DNA of 64,000 nucleotides, taken from positions 1,518 to 65,517 of the forward strand of contig CAIKWD010000021.1 of the NCBI GenBank assembly GCA_903831095.1. The letters are read 5' to 3'. Within the stretch, counting starts at the first letter, position 1, and every line of letters begins with the position of its first letter. A program made the position numbers and the translations under genes. This document shows, in pieces, positions 37,893-46,422 of this stretch. Source of the DNA: Candidatus Staskawiczbacteria bacterium. Lineage in GTDB: Bacteria > Patescibacteriota > Minisyncoccia > Minisyncoccales > Staskawiczbacteraceae. The notes beneath the pieces were generated by a model that did not search any database, was not told where the DNA came from, and worked only from the letters and a program-made list of their open reading frames with translations.

Positions 37893-38708
37893 ATGAAAAC
37901 GAACGAAGCAGTGGGAAGACCGGTAAGGATTTTTGTGGCGATGGATGTAAATAATCCAATTCGCCGGGCGATTGAGAAGGTTGTGAGATTGATGAAGGCT
38001 GAATATCGATGTGTTGTTGAAAAAATAGACGAGGCAGATCTCGTAATTTTCTGTGACACAAAGGATATTGAGCGTAGATACGATAAGGATAAATTCTACG
38101 TATTTATCCAGCTTGCTGAAAAAGTCCCAGTATTGCCCGAAGGATGCTTCGTAATTCCACTGAGTGAAGCTATGCTCGGACTTATGAAGGCAGTCGGAGA
38201 TGTTCACGAAGAACTCAAGCCCATTGTTGAAGTCCCAGTTATTGATTCAGTTTCAGTTCGGTCTGATGCCATGCGCATTCTTGTTATTGATGACACGGCA
38301 AAAAACATCAAGAGCGCGAAAGTTGGTTTGGCAGGACATATTCTCACCACAGTTACAGGTTATGAAGACGCGTTAGATATTCTTGAAAAAGAAAAATTTG
38401 ACGTTGTTTTGACAGATATGAATCTGCCAATGTCATCGAAGAACCTGTGCAAAAACTTCAAACTTGGAGAGCTGGTTCCTTATGGAACTTTGTTGATGAT
38501 GAAAGCAGCGCACCAAGGAGCGAAGTATGTGGGCATTGTCAGCGACATTGCCAGTCATCCTGAGGACCCGGTTTCGGCAACGTTTGAGAATTACACAAAG
38601 ATTATTTTTTGCGTTGACAGCGCGAAAGTAATGTTTATCCGTGCTAAAACGGATTCAGACGGATATAAGGATTGGGCGGATGCGCTTTTGCAGCTCATGA
38701 AAGGCTAA
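37893..38708 (+). CDS. Receiver (REC)-like domain protein with uncharacterised N-terminal domain
   Basis: C-terminal half MRILVIDDTAKN...GYEDALDILEKEKFDVVLTDMNLPM fits the CheY-like receiver pattern (acidic pair plus putative phospho-Asp). No output domain recognised. Confidence 0.5.
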   Translation: MKTNEAVGRPVRIFVAMDVNNPIRRAIEKVVRLMKAEYRCVVEKIDEADLVIFCDTKDIERRYDKDKFYVFIQLAEKVPVLPEGCFVIPLSEAMLGLMKAVGDVHEELKPIVEVPVIDSVSVRSDAMRILVIDDTAKNIKSAKVGLAGHILTTVTGYEDALDILEKEKFDVVLTDMNLPMSSKNLCKNFKLGELVPYGTLLMMKAAHQGAKYVGIVSDIASHPEDPVSATFENYTKIIFCVDSAKVMFIRAKTDSDGYKDWADALLQLMKG

Positions 38709-38767
38709 AACTTTTTCTAGGCGGATACATTCCGCAGATGACATGATATGTCATAGACAAATATCAA

Positions 38768-38795
38768 GCTCGAATTTATTCGGGCTTCTTTTTTT
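38768..38795 (+). terminator. Rho-independent terminator
   Basis: GCTCGAAtttaTTCGGGCttcttttttt. Confidence 0.6.
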
Positions 38796-38810
38796 ACTAG
38801 TTTTATAATA

Positions 38811-38839
38811 TTGACATTATTTAAAATTAGTTGTAGAGT
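38811..38839 (+). promoter_or_regulatory. Promoter, copy 2 of the duplicated 40-nt block
   Basis: TTGACA - 17 nt - TAGAGT. The ORF-track TTG start at 38811 is actually the -35 box. Confidence 0.6.
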
Positions 38840-38879
38840 TATATTGGTTCATTTAATAATCTATACAAAGGAGATAAAA

Positions 38880-39470
38880 ATGGAAAATATCTGCGCTTGC
38901 ATAATAGTCATTATGACTTCGCTTTTCGCAGTATTTTATGCTTATCAAATTCGAAAACATAAAATAGACCCAACACTTTCAACCTGGATTATTTTCATGT
39001 CAGGAGTTGGCATAAGCTTGATAACTTATACAATTGCCGAGAATAAGGATTTTAAATCAGGAATACTAAATAAAGTGGATGCAGCTTTTGTGTTAGTGGT
39101 TATCTCAGCAATATTTGCTTGGGGTAAAAGAGAACTACGCTTGAAGCCGTTCGAAAAATGGTATCTGCTAGGAGTTTTGGTTATTATTGTATATGGAATA
39201 TTGTCAAAAAGTGCCTGGAATTCTAATGTCCTTTCACAAGTGCTTCTAAGTGTGGGGTATATACCGACAATTCATCATTTAATCCAACAAAAGAAGAATA
39301 GGGAGTCTTTTCTCGGTTGGGGATGTTCGATGATTGCAGCTATTGCTGCCCTTTATCTTGCCAGAGTTGCTGGTAAACCCTTGGAAACATTATATGCAAG
39401 TCGTGCATTATTCTTTGCTGCGCTTCTCTTGTGTTTGATGTTTTATTACGAGATTAAACAAAAAAAATAG
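38880..39470 (+). CDS. Integral membrane protein (about 6-7 TM), function unknown
   Basis: ATG at 38880 preceded by SD aaAGGAGAt; hydrophobic throughout; no motif recognised. Confidence 0.5.
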   Translation: MENICACIIVIMTSLFAVFYAYQIRKHKIDPTLSTWIIFMSGVGISLITYTIAENKDFKSGILNKVDAAFVLVVISAIFAWGKRELRLKPFEKWYLLGVLVIIVYGILSKSAWNSNVLSQVLLSVGYIPTIHHLIQQKKNRESFLGWGCSMIAAIAALYLARVAGKPLETLYASRALFFAALLLCLMFYYEIKQKK

Positions 39471-39496
39471 CCCGTGGTGCACCCATGGGTTTTTTA
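39471..39496 (+). terminator. Rho-independent terminator, followed by a second weaker hairpin at 39501-39527
   Basis: CCCGTGGtgcaCCCATGGGtttttta immediately after the stop codon. Confidence 0.7.
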
Positions 39497-39561
39497 TTTA
39501 AAAGCCTTTTAATTGAAGGGCTTTTTTGGTAGGATTAGGTAATTAATTAATCTAAAATATT

Positions 39562-41223
39562 ATGGATCAAAAAACATGCAAGTGTCAAAGTTGCAAGCAA
39601 AATTTTACTATTGAGCCTGATGATTTTGAGTTTTACCAAAAAATAGATTTGCCTTCGCCAACAATGTGTCCTGTCTGCCGTTTCAAGTACCTTCTGGCTT
39701 TCTGGGTTTTTGGAAGGTTTAGAATTACCAAGTCTGCCTTGAGTGGGAAAACAATTATCACAGTTATCCCTGAGTCAGCTCCTTTTCCTATTTATGAAAG
39801 AAGCGAATTTGTATCTGATGCCTGGGACCCGCTGACATATGGCAGAGACTATGATTCGACACGTTCATTTATAGAACAGCTGGTTGAGCTTCAGTCTGTT
39901 GTGCCTCATCCTCATCAGTGTGGAATTAAAAATACCAATTCAGAATGGGCTGATGATGTTTGGGAGTCTAAAGATGCATATTTAACGCGTTCGGCCTTGT
40001 ATCTTGATTCTGTTAGCTATGGATATAGAGTAATAAATTGCAAAAACTGCATTGATATAACTTATTCCTTTGATTTGGAGCGTTCATATGACTGCTTGTT
40101 TTGTTTTAAAAGCTATAACTTAAATTATTCTTTCAATTGCCGAGACTGCATGGATAGTTATTTCTTGTATGACTGCAGAAACTGCCAGAATTGCTTTATG
40201 TCCTGGAATTTGCGAAATCAAAAATACTGTATTTTAAATCAGCAGTATTCCAAAGAAGATTATTTTGAAAAAATTAAAGAATACAATCTTGATTCACGTT
40301 CTTCAATTGAAGCTTTGAAAAAAGAAATGTGGCAGCATATTCAAAAGGATGCTGTAAATAGACAAGACTACAATCTTCAGGCAGTACAATCTACCGGAAA
40401 CTTCCTGACAAACGACAAAAATTGCCATGTTTGTTATTTTACCGAAGAGTCAGAAAATTGCCGTTATATTTTTAGGGGTTTTAAAAGTAAAGAAACTATT
40501 GATTCAGTGGGAGCTCTTGAGTGTGAAAAAAGCGCGCTAGGAATACAAGATCAAGTTTCATATAATAACTTGTGCAATCTTTATACTACTAATTGCAGAT
40601 ACAGCGCTTACTTGGATAATTGTGAAGAAACAGAATATTGTTTTGGATGTGTAGGATTACGAAAACAGAAATACTGTATTTTGAATAAACAATACTCTAA
40701 AGAAGAATATGAAGGTTTGGTTGAGAAAATTAAAAAAGATATGAAAGAAAGAGGTGAGTGGGGAAAGCTTTTACCACTTTCAGCTGCATATTGCGGATAC
40801 AATCTTTCTTTAGCCCAGATGATGTATCCAATGACAAAAGATGAAGTCGTTGAGTTTGGTGCTAAATGGGAAGAAACTGTTGAACCAAAATACGAAAATA
40901 TTATCAATGGAGATGATCTGCCGGACACTATTGGAAAAGTCAGTGATGACATTACCAAACAGCGTATTCTTTGCCCTGAGACAAAACTCAGCTATAACAT
41001 AACAAAAGAAGAACTGGCATTTTATCGCGAGCACAATATTCCACTTCCAAGAAGGCATTTTGACTGGAGAACCTTGGACCGTTTTAAGCCATTTAGTTTG
41101 ATGATAACGCCCCAGAAAGGAACATGTTATTACTGTAAAAAAGAGATTGAACATTATTACAGCCCTGAGCTTGGATTTCAGAAAATAGCTTGTTTGGAAT
41201 GTTATCAGCGAGAGGTTGCTTAA
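39562..41223 (+). CDS. Cys-rich multi-zinc-ribbon repeat protein, paralog 5 (most divergent)
   Basis: CQSCKQNFTIEPDDFEFYQKIDLPSPTMCPVCR ... degenerate C-terminal ribbon (CPETKLSYNITKEELAFYREHNIPLPRRHFDWR) ... CYYCKKEIEHYYSPELGFQKIACLECYQREVA. Confidence 0.9.
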   Translation: MDQKTCKCQSCKQNFTIEPDDFEFYQKIDLPSPTMCPVCRFKYLLAFWVFGRFRITKSALSGKTIITVIPESAPFPIYERSEFVSDAWDPLTYGRDYDSTRSFIEQLVELQSVVPHPHQCGIKNTNSEWADDVWESKDAYLTRSALYLDSVSYGYRVINCKNCIDITYSFDLERSYDCLFCFKSYNLNYSFNCRDCMDSYFLYDCRNCQNCFMSWNLRNQKYCILNQQYSKEDYFEKIKEYNLDSRSSIEALKKEMWQHIQKDAVNRQDYNLQAVQSTGNFLTNDKNCHVCYFTEESENCRYIFRGFKSKETIDSVGALECEKSALGIQDQVSYNNLCNLYTTNCRYSAYLDNCEETEYCFGCVGLRKQKYCILNKQYSKEEYEGLVEKIKKDMKERGEWGKLLPLSAAYCGYNLSLAQMMYPMTKDEVVEFGAKWEETVEPKYENIINGDDLPDTIGKVSDDITKQRILCPETKLSYNITKEELAFYREHNIPLPRRHFDWRTLDRFKPFSLMITPQKGTCYYCKKEIEHYYSPELGFQKIACLECYQREVA

Positions 41224-41226
41224 ATT

Positions 41227-42978
41227 ATGAATAAAGAAACAAAACAATGTCAGAGTTGTAAGAAGGACTTTACTATAGAGTCTGATGATTTTGAGTTTTA
41301 TGAGAAGATGAAAGTACCGGCGCCGACATTTTGCCCGGAATGCAGAATGCAGAGGCGATTAATATGGCGAAACGAACGGACTTTGTATAAAAGAAAATGT
41401 GATGCGCCTGGCCATACTGAAGATCTTATCTCAATGTATGCACCTGAGCATACTTTTCCAGTATATGATCATGAATTTTGGTACAGCGACAAATGGGATG
41501 CTTTGGATTATGGAAAAGATTTCGATTTTACTAAACCATTTTTTAAACAATTTGAGGAACTTTTTCTTACTGTACCACATGTCGCACTTTTTGACAGTAA
41601 GTCGGTTAATTCCAGTTATTGCAATATTGTTGTAGAACATAAGAATTGCTATCTTGTCAGTGCTGGATGGGGAAATGAGGATTCTATGTACAGTAATAGG
41701 ATTGCTAATTGTAAAAATACTTTTGATTCCTATGTTTGTCATAGGACTGAGTTTGGTTATGAAAACGTTTATTGTCGGGAATCAAATTTGCTGAGATTCA
41801 GTCTTAGAAGCGAGGGTTGTGTTGATTCATATTTTCTTTATGATTGCAGAAATTGTTCTAATTGCATTTGTTGTTCAAACTTAAGGAATAAAAGCTACTG
41901 CATTTTCAACGAGCAATACACCAAAGAAGAATATGCAAAAAAATTGGCAGATTTAAATCTTGGAAGTTATAAGTCTTTTCAAGCGCTGGCAGAAAAATTT
42001 GAGGAGATGAAATTAAAAGCTATTAATAAATTTGCTTATCTCTTAAATACCCAGAATGTTATTGGGGACAATGTTTATAATTCCCGAAATTGCTATTATT
42101 GTTTTGATTTGGAAGGAGATGCTGAAAATGTTAAATATTCCAATTGGGGCACTTTGTCTCTTCGTGATTCCCATGATACTGGTCCTGGCACCAGCGGCAA
42201 TTCTGAATTGATTTATGAAGGCATAAGTATTGGAGTTAAGAACGCACGTTGTAAGTTTGGGGTGATTGTTTGGTATTCTCATGATATGCAATATTGCTAT
42301 AATTGCCAGGATTCTCATGATCTTTTTGGATGCGTTGGCCTGCGAAAAAAACAATACTGCATTTTAGATAAACAGTATACAAAAGAAGAATATGAGGCTC
42401 TTGTGCCAAAGATCGTTTCGCATATGAATGAGATGCCATATGTAGATAAAAAGGATAGAGTTTATAAATATGGAGAATTTTTTCCAGCAGAATTATCTCC
42501 ATTTGCCTATAACGAGACAGTAGTCCAGGATTATATGCCCCTTACTGAAAAAGATGCTTTGGACAAAGGTTTTGAGTGGAGGCCAATTGATAATAGAAAT
42601 TACAAAACAACTATTTCCTGGCAAAATTTGCCTGACACAATTAAAGAAACTCCTGATTCTATTATTGACGAAGTTATTAGCTGTGCCCATGAAGGCAAAT
42701 GCAATGAACAATGTACAGGCGCTTTTAAAATTGTGAAAGAAGAACTTAATTTTTATAAGAGGATGAATTTACCTATTCCAAGGCTTTGTCATAATTGCAG
42801 ACATTATGGGCGAGTAAAGCAGAGAAACCCAATGAAATTATGGCATCGCCAGTGCATGTGCGATAAATTAGGTCATGATCATACTGACAGGTGTACAAAC
42901 GAATTTGAAACCAGTTATGCGCCGGATAGGCCGGAGACAGTTTATTGCGAACAGTGCTATAATAGTGAAATTGCTTAA
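41227..42978 (+). CDS. Cys-rich multi-zinc-ribbon repeat protein, paralog 6
   Basis: CQSCKKDFTIESDDFEFYEKMKVPAPTFCPECR ... CAHEGKCNEQC ... LPIPRLCHNCR ... ETSYAPDRPETVYCEQCYNSEIA. 34 Cys in 583 aa (hand count). Confidence 0.9.
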   Translation: MNKETKQCQSCKKDFTIESDDFEFYEKMKVPAPTFCPECRMQRRLIWRNERTLYKRKCDAPGHTEDLISMYAPEHTFPVYDHEFWYSDKWDALDYGKDFDFTKPFFKQFEELFLTVPHVALFDSKSVNSSYCNIVVEHKNCYLVSAGWGNEDSMYSNRIANCKNTFDSYVCHRTEFGYENVYCRESNLLRFSLRSEGCVDSYFLYDCRNCSNCICCSNLRNKSYCIFNEQYTKEEYAKKLADLNLGSYKSFQALAEKFEEMKLKAINKFAYLLNTQNVIGDNVYNSRNCYYCFDLEGDAENVKYSNWGTLSLRDSHDTGPGTSGNSELIYEGISIGVKNARCKFGVIVWYSHDMQYCYNCQDSHDLFGCVGLRKKQYCILDKQYTKEEYEALVPKIVSHMNEMPYVDKKDRVYKYGEFFPAELSPFAYNETVVQDYMPLTEKDALDKGFEWRPIDNRNYKTTISWQNLPDTIKETPDSIIDEVISCAHEGKCNEQCTGAFKIVKEELNFYKRMNLPIPRLCHNCRHYGRVKQRNPMKLWHRQCMCDKLGHDHTDRCTNEFETSYAPDRPETVYCEQCYNSEIA

Positions 42979-42981
42979 ATT

Positions 42982-44700
42982 ATGAATCAAGAAATAAAAG
43001 TTTGTCAGAATTGCAAAAAGGACTTTACTATAGAGCCTGATGATTTTGATTTCTACAAGAAAATAAATGTACCAGCTCCAACTTTTTGTCCGGACTGCAG
43101 AATGCAACGCAGGTTTTCCTGGCGAAATGAGTGGAGATTGTTTAGAAAAAAAGATGTCCATGGAAAGGAAATTTTTTCCATGGTAAGTGAATCTTCTCCG
43201 GTAAAAATAATGGAAATGGCAGAATGGTATTCTGATTCATGGGACCCAATGGATTATGGACAGGACTATGACTTTTCACAGCCATTTTTTAAACAGTTTG
43301 GTAAATTAATGAGCCAGGTTCCTCTTATGTCTAGGAATCTTATCAGAGCTGTAAACAGCGACTACTGTTCTAATGCCACCCAACCTAAAGATTGTTACTT
43401 AACATTTAGTTTGTCTTACGTGGAAAATTCAGCATATTCAATTTGGGGCGGAAAATCAAAGGATATTTTTGACTGTTATATGTATAACGAGTCCGAGCTT
43501 TGTTATGACTGCGTGAATATGAGTAAATGTTATAATGCCTCTTATTCTATAGATTGTGACAATTGCAATGACATCATGTTTTGCAAAAGCTGTGTTGGGT
43601 GCAACAACTGTTTTGGAAGCGCTAATTTAAAAAACAAAGCATATTACATTTTTAACGAACAATACACCAAGGAAGAATACGCAAAGAAATTGGAGGAGTT
43701 TAAGACAAATTTTAGGTCAAATGTTGAAGCTATCAGGGAAAAAAGTATAAAGCATTGGCAAAATTTTCCCAATAAGTTCATCCATGGACGACACAACACC
43801 AATGTTTCGGGAGATTATATATTGGAATCTAAGGATGCTAAAAATTGTTGGAGAATAATTGGAGGAGAAAATTTGAAATACTGCCAAAATTTTACTTTGG
43901 GTCCGGTAAAAGATTCTTACGACCAAAGCAATTTTGGAGACAATTCAGAATTGGTTTATGATTCTTTGGTAGTTGGGAACGGAGCCTATAATGTAAAATT
44001 TTCATGTCAAAGCTATCCTTCAATAACTGACCTACACTATTGTTTTCAGTGCCAAAATTCGTCACATTTATTTGGGTGTATCAGCTTGAGAAACAAGCAA
44101 TATTGTATTTTAAACAAACAATATACAAAAGAAGAATATGAAGAATTAGTGCCCAAAATTATTGCGCACATGAATGAAATGCCTTATGTAGACCAAAAGG
44201 GAATAATTTATAGGTATGGAGAATTCTTTCCAGCGGATATGAGTCCTATGGCTTATAACGAATCGCTTGCTAATGATTTTTTTCCAATGACCAAAAAAGA
44301 GGCAGAAGAACAAGGACTTGCTTGGCGTGAGCAAAGTAAAAGAGAATACAATGCCACAAAGTCTGCGCTTGAGCTTCCAGACAATATTGAAGATGTAGAT
44401 GACAGCATTTTAAAGGAGGTTATAAGTTGTCCACATGAGGGCAAATGCAGTCATGACTGTGTTGGAGTATTCAAAATTACTAATCAGGAATTACAATTTT
44501 ATAGAAAACTTGGCATACCCTTGCCACGGATTTGCCAAAACTGCAGGCATTATGCGAGGTTTGCCTGGAGAAATCCGCCAAAGCTTTACCACAGGAGCTG
44601 CATGAAGCCTGGATGTAAAAATGAGTTTGAGACAAGTTATGCTCCAGACAGGCCTGAAATTGTTTACTGCGAGCAATGTTATAACGAGGAAGTGGCATAA
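42982..44700 (+). CDS. Cys-rich multi-zinc-ribbon repeat protein, paralog 7
   Basis: CQNCKKDFTIEPDDFDFYKKINVPAPTFCPDCR ... CPHEGKCSHDC ... IPLPRICQNCR ... ETSYAPDRPEIVYCEQCYNEEVA. Confidence 0.9.
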   Translation: MNQEIKVCQNCKKDFTIEPDDFDFYKKINVPAPTFCPDCRMQRRFSWRNEWRLFRKKDVHGKEIFSMVSESSPVKIMEMAEWYSDSWDPMDYGQDYDFSQPFFKQFGKLMSQVPLMSRNLIRAVNSDYCSNATQPKDCYLTFSLSYVENSAYSIWGGKSKDIFDCYMYNESELCYDCVNMSKCYNASYSIDCDNCNDIMFCKSCVGCNNCFGSANLKNKAYYIFNEQYTKEEYAKKLEEFKTNFRSNVEAIREKSIKHWQNFPNKFIHGRHNTNVSGDYILESKDAKNCWRIIGGENLKYCQNFTLGPVKDSYDQSNFGDNSELVYDSLVVGNGAYNVKFSCQSYPSITDLHYCFQCQNSSHLFGCISLRNKQYCILNKQYTKEEYEELVPKIIAHMNEMPYVDQKGIIYRYGEFFPADMSPMAYNESLANDFFPMTKKEAEEQGLAWREQSKREYNATKSALELPDNIEDVDDSILKEVISCPHEGKCSHDCVGVFKITNQELQFYRKLGIPLPRICQNCRHYARFAWRNPPKLYHRSCMKPGCKNEFETSYAPDRPEIVYCEQCYNEEVA

Positions 44701-44709
44701 AAATAACAT

Positions 44710-44734
44710 ATAACCGATTAAATTGGTCGGTTAT
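44710..44734 (+). repeat. Intercistronic palindromic hairpin, copy 1
   Basis: ATAACCGATTAAaTTGGTCGGTTAT, 12-bp stem with two G-U pairs possible only in plus-strand RNA. Lies 10 nt after the paralog 7 stop. Confidence 0.6.
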
Positions 44735-44750
44735 GCGGTTAAAATAAAAT

Positions 44751-46412
44751 ATGCATAATTTAGAAAATAAAGTTTGTCAGAGTTGCAAGAAAGACTTTGT
44801 GATAGAGCCTGATGATTTTATTTTCTATGAAAAAAATAAATTGCCTGTGCCTGTTTGGTGCCCAGAATGTCGGCAGAGAGACAGGATTTTGATAAGAAAT
44901 TTTAAGACGCTTTATAAAAGGAATTCCGACAAGTCTGGCAAGTCTATAATTTCCATGTATTCTGCAAAGGCACCGTTTCCCGTTTGGAGTCATGAAGAGT
45001 GGTGGTCTGACGACTGGGATGCAAAAACATACGGACGAGATGTTGATTTTTCAAAGCCAATTTTCTCGCAAATTAAATCACTATGGGATGCAGTTCCCAG
45101 ATATGCAGTTATAAATACAAGAAGCGAAAATTGTATTTATTCAAATGGCGTGCTCAATGCCAAGAACTGTTATTTTGTTTTTGGATGCGTTGATGCTGAG
45201 GAATGCGCTTATGGCCATATTGTGTGGAATTCAAAGGACTGCGTAGACGGTCTGTATGTTTTCAAGTCGGAATTTTGTTATGAGTGTGTGGATGTTTTGG
45301 GCTCTTACAATGTTTTGTATTCTCAGGAGTGCGAGGACTGCAATAATTGTATTGGACTTTTTGACTGTAAGGGATGCTCAAATTGTATTGGGTGTGTTGG
45401 CTTGAGGCAGAAATCAAATTATATTTTCAACAAACCAGTGGAAAAAATTGAAATTGATGAATTTCTAAAGGAGCATCCTTTGCATGATCTAAAAAAAATT
45501 TCCATGATCTTGGAAAAGCAGGAAGAATTGCGCAAGAAAATTCCACAGAGATTCTTTTTTGGATCTCACAATACCAATGTTTCTGGAAACCATATTTACA
45601 ACGCCAAAAATGTCCATTATGCGTTTGACGTCAAAAGCGGAGAGGATTCAAAATATATTTTTACTTGTAGGCAAGCAATTGATTCTTATGACATATCTTT
45701 TACTGCTGACATTGAACTGGGATATCAAAATGCCCACTGTGTTGGGCGAAACATAATGGGTTCACACGTATGCGTGAATTGTACTGATACATATTATTCG
45801 GACAATTGTACAAATTGCCATAATATTTTTGGGTGCGAGGGTTTAAAAAGTGCGGAATACTGCATCTTGAACAGGCAATGTACAAAGGAAGAGTATGAGA
45901 AAATGTTGCCTAAATTGATAGATCATATGCGTCAAACTGGCGAATGGGGATGGTATTATCCAAAACAAATGCTTCCTTTTGCGTACAATGAGTCAATTGT
46001 CAACGAATACTTTCCAATGACAAAAGAGGAGGCGCTTATTAGCGGTTATAGATGGGAAGATGACATTCCTCGTACCAAAGGTCAAACAACAATAAAATAT
46101 GAGGAGCTTCCTAAAAATCCTGAATTGTTTTCTAACGATCTCGTCAATCATGTATTGGAGTGTGGTAAATGCAAGTCTAACTATCGTTTAACTACCCAGG
46201 AAATTATGTTTTATAAGAGGTTTAAAGTTGCTATTCCAGGAGAGTGTTTCAATTGCCGCCATGAGAGAAGGATGAAGTCTCGCAATGTTCGCGTGCTTTT
46301 TCCTGGCAATTGTGCAAAGTGTAATGCGGAATTTAAAACTTCTTATAATTCAAACCAGCAAAAGCAATATAAAATTTACTGCGAGCAATGTTATCAGCAG
46401 GAAATGGTATAA
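44751..46412 (+). CDS. Cys-rich multi-zinc-ribbon repeat protein, paralog 8
   Basis: CQSCKKDFVIEPDDFIFYEKNKLPVPVWCPECR ... CGKCKSNYRLTTQEIMFYKRFKVAIPGECFNCR ... CAKCNAEFKTSYNSNQQKQYKIYCEQCYQQEMV. Confidence 0.9.
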   Translation: MHNLENKVCQSCKKDFVIEPDDFIFYEKNKLPVPVWCPECRQRDRILIRNFKTLYKRNSDKSGKSIISMYSAKAPFPVWSHEEWWSDDWDAKTYGRDVDFSKPIFSQIKSLWDAVPRYAVINTRSENCIYSNGVLNAKNCYFVFGCVDAEECAYGHIVWNSKDCVDGLYVFKSEFCYECVDVLGSYNVLYSQECEDCNNCIGLFDCKGCSNCIGCVGLRQKSNYIFNKPVEKIEIDEFLKEHPLHDLKKISMILEKQEELRKKIPQRFFFGSHNTNVSGNHIYNAKNVHYAFDVKSGEDSKYIFTCRQAIDSYDISFTADIELGYQNAHCVGRNIMGSHVCVNCTDTYYSDNCTNCHNIFGCEGLKSAEYCILNRQCTKEEYEKMLPKLIDHMRQTGEWGWYYPKQMLPFAYNESIVNEYFPMTKEEALISGYRWEDDIPRTKGQTTIKYEELPKNPELFSNDLVNHVLECGKCKSNYRLTTQEIMFYKRFKVAIPGECFNCRHERRMKSRNVRVLFPGNCAKCNAEFKTSYNSNQQKQYKIYCEQCYQQEMV

Positions 46413-46422
46413 TTATAAAAAT

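Noticed and set aside
38811-38879. ORF-track TTG start of the membrane protein at 38811
   Set aside because: That TTG is the -35 box of the duplicated promoter. The ATG at 38880 has a strong SD at the correct distance.
41800-41900. Reading the CxxCxxCxxC runs as ferredoxin-type 4Fe-4S motifs
   Set aside because: The spacing does not match the canonical CxxCxxCxxxCP and no following Pro is present. The metal type cannot be decided from sequence, so the runs are reported only as a probable metal-binding feature.
46285-46422. ORF-track start of paralog 9 at 46285, overlapping paralog 8 by 128 nt
   Set aside because: The extension (MFACFFLAIVQSV...) has no counterpart in the other 10 paralogs. 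The family-typical N-terminus MQIETKQCQSC begins at the ATG at 46423, 10 nt after the paralog 8 stop.
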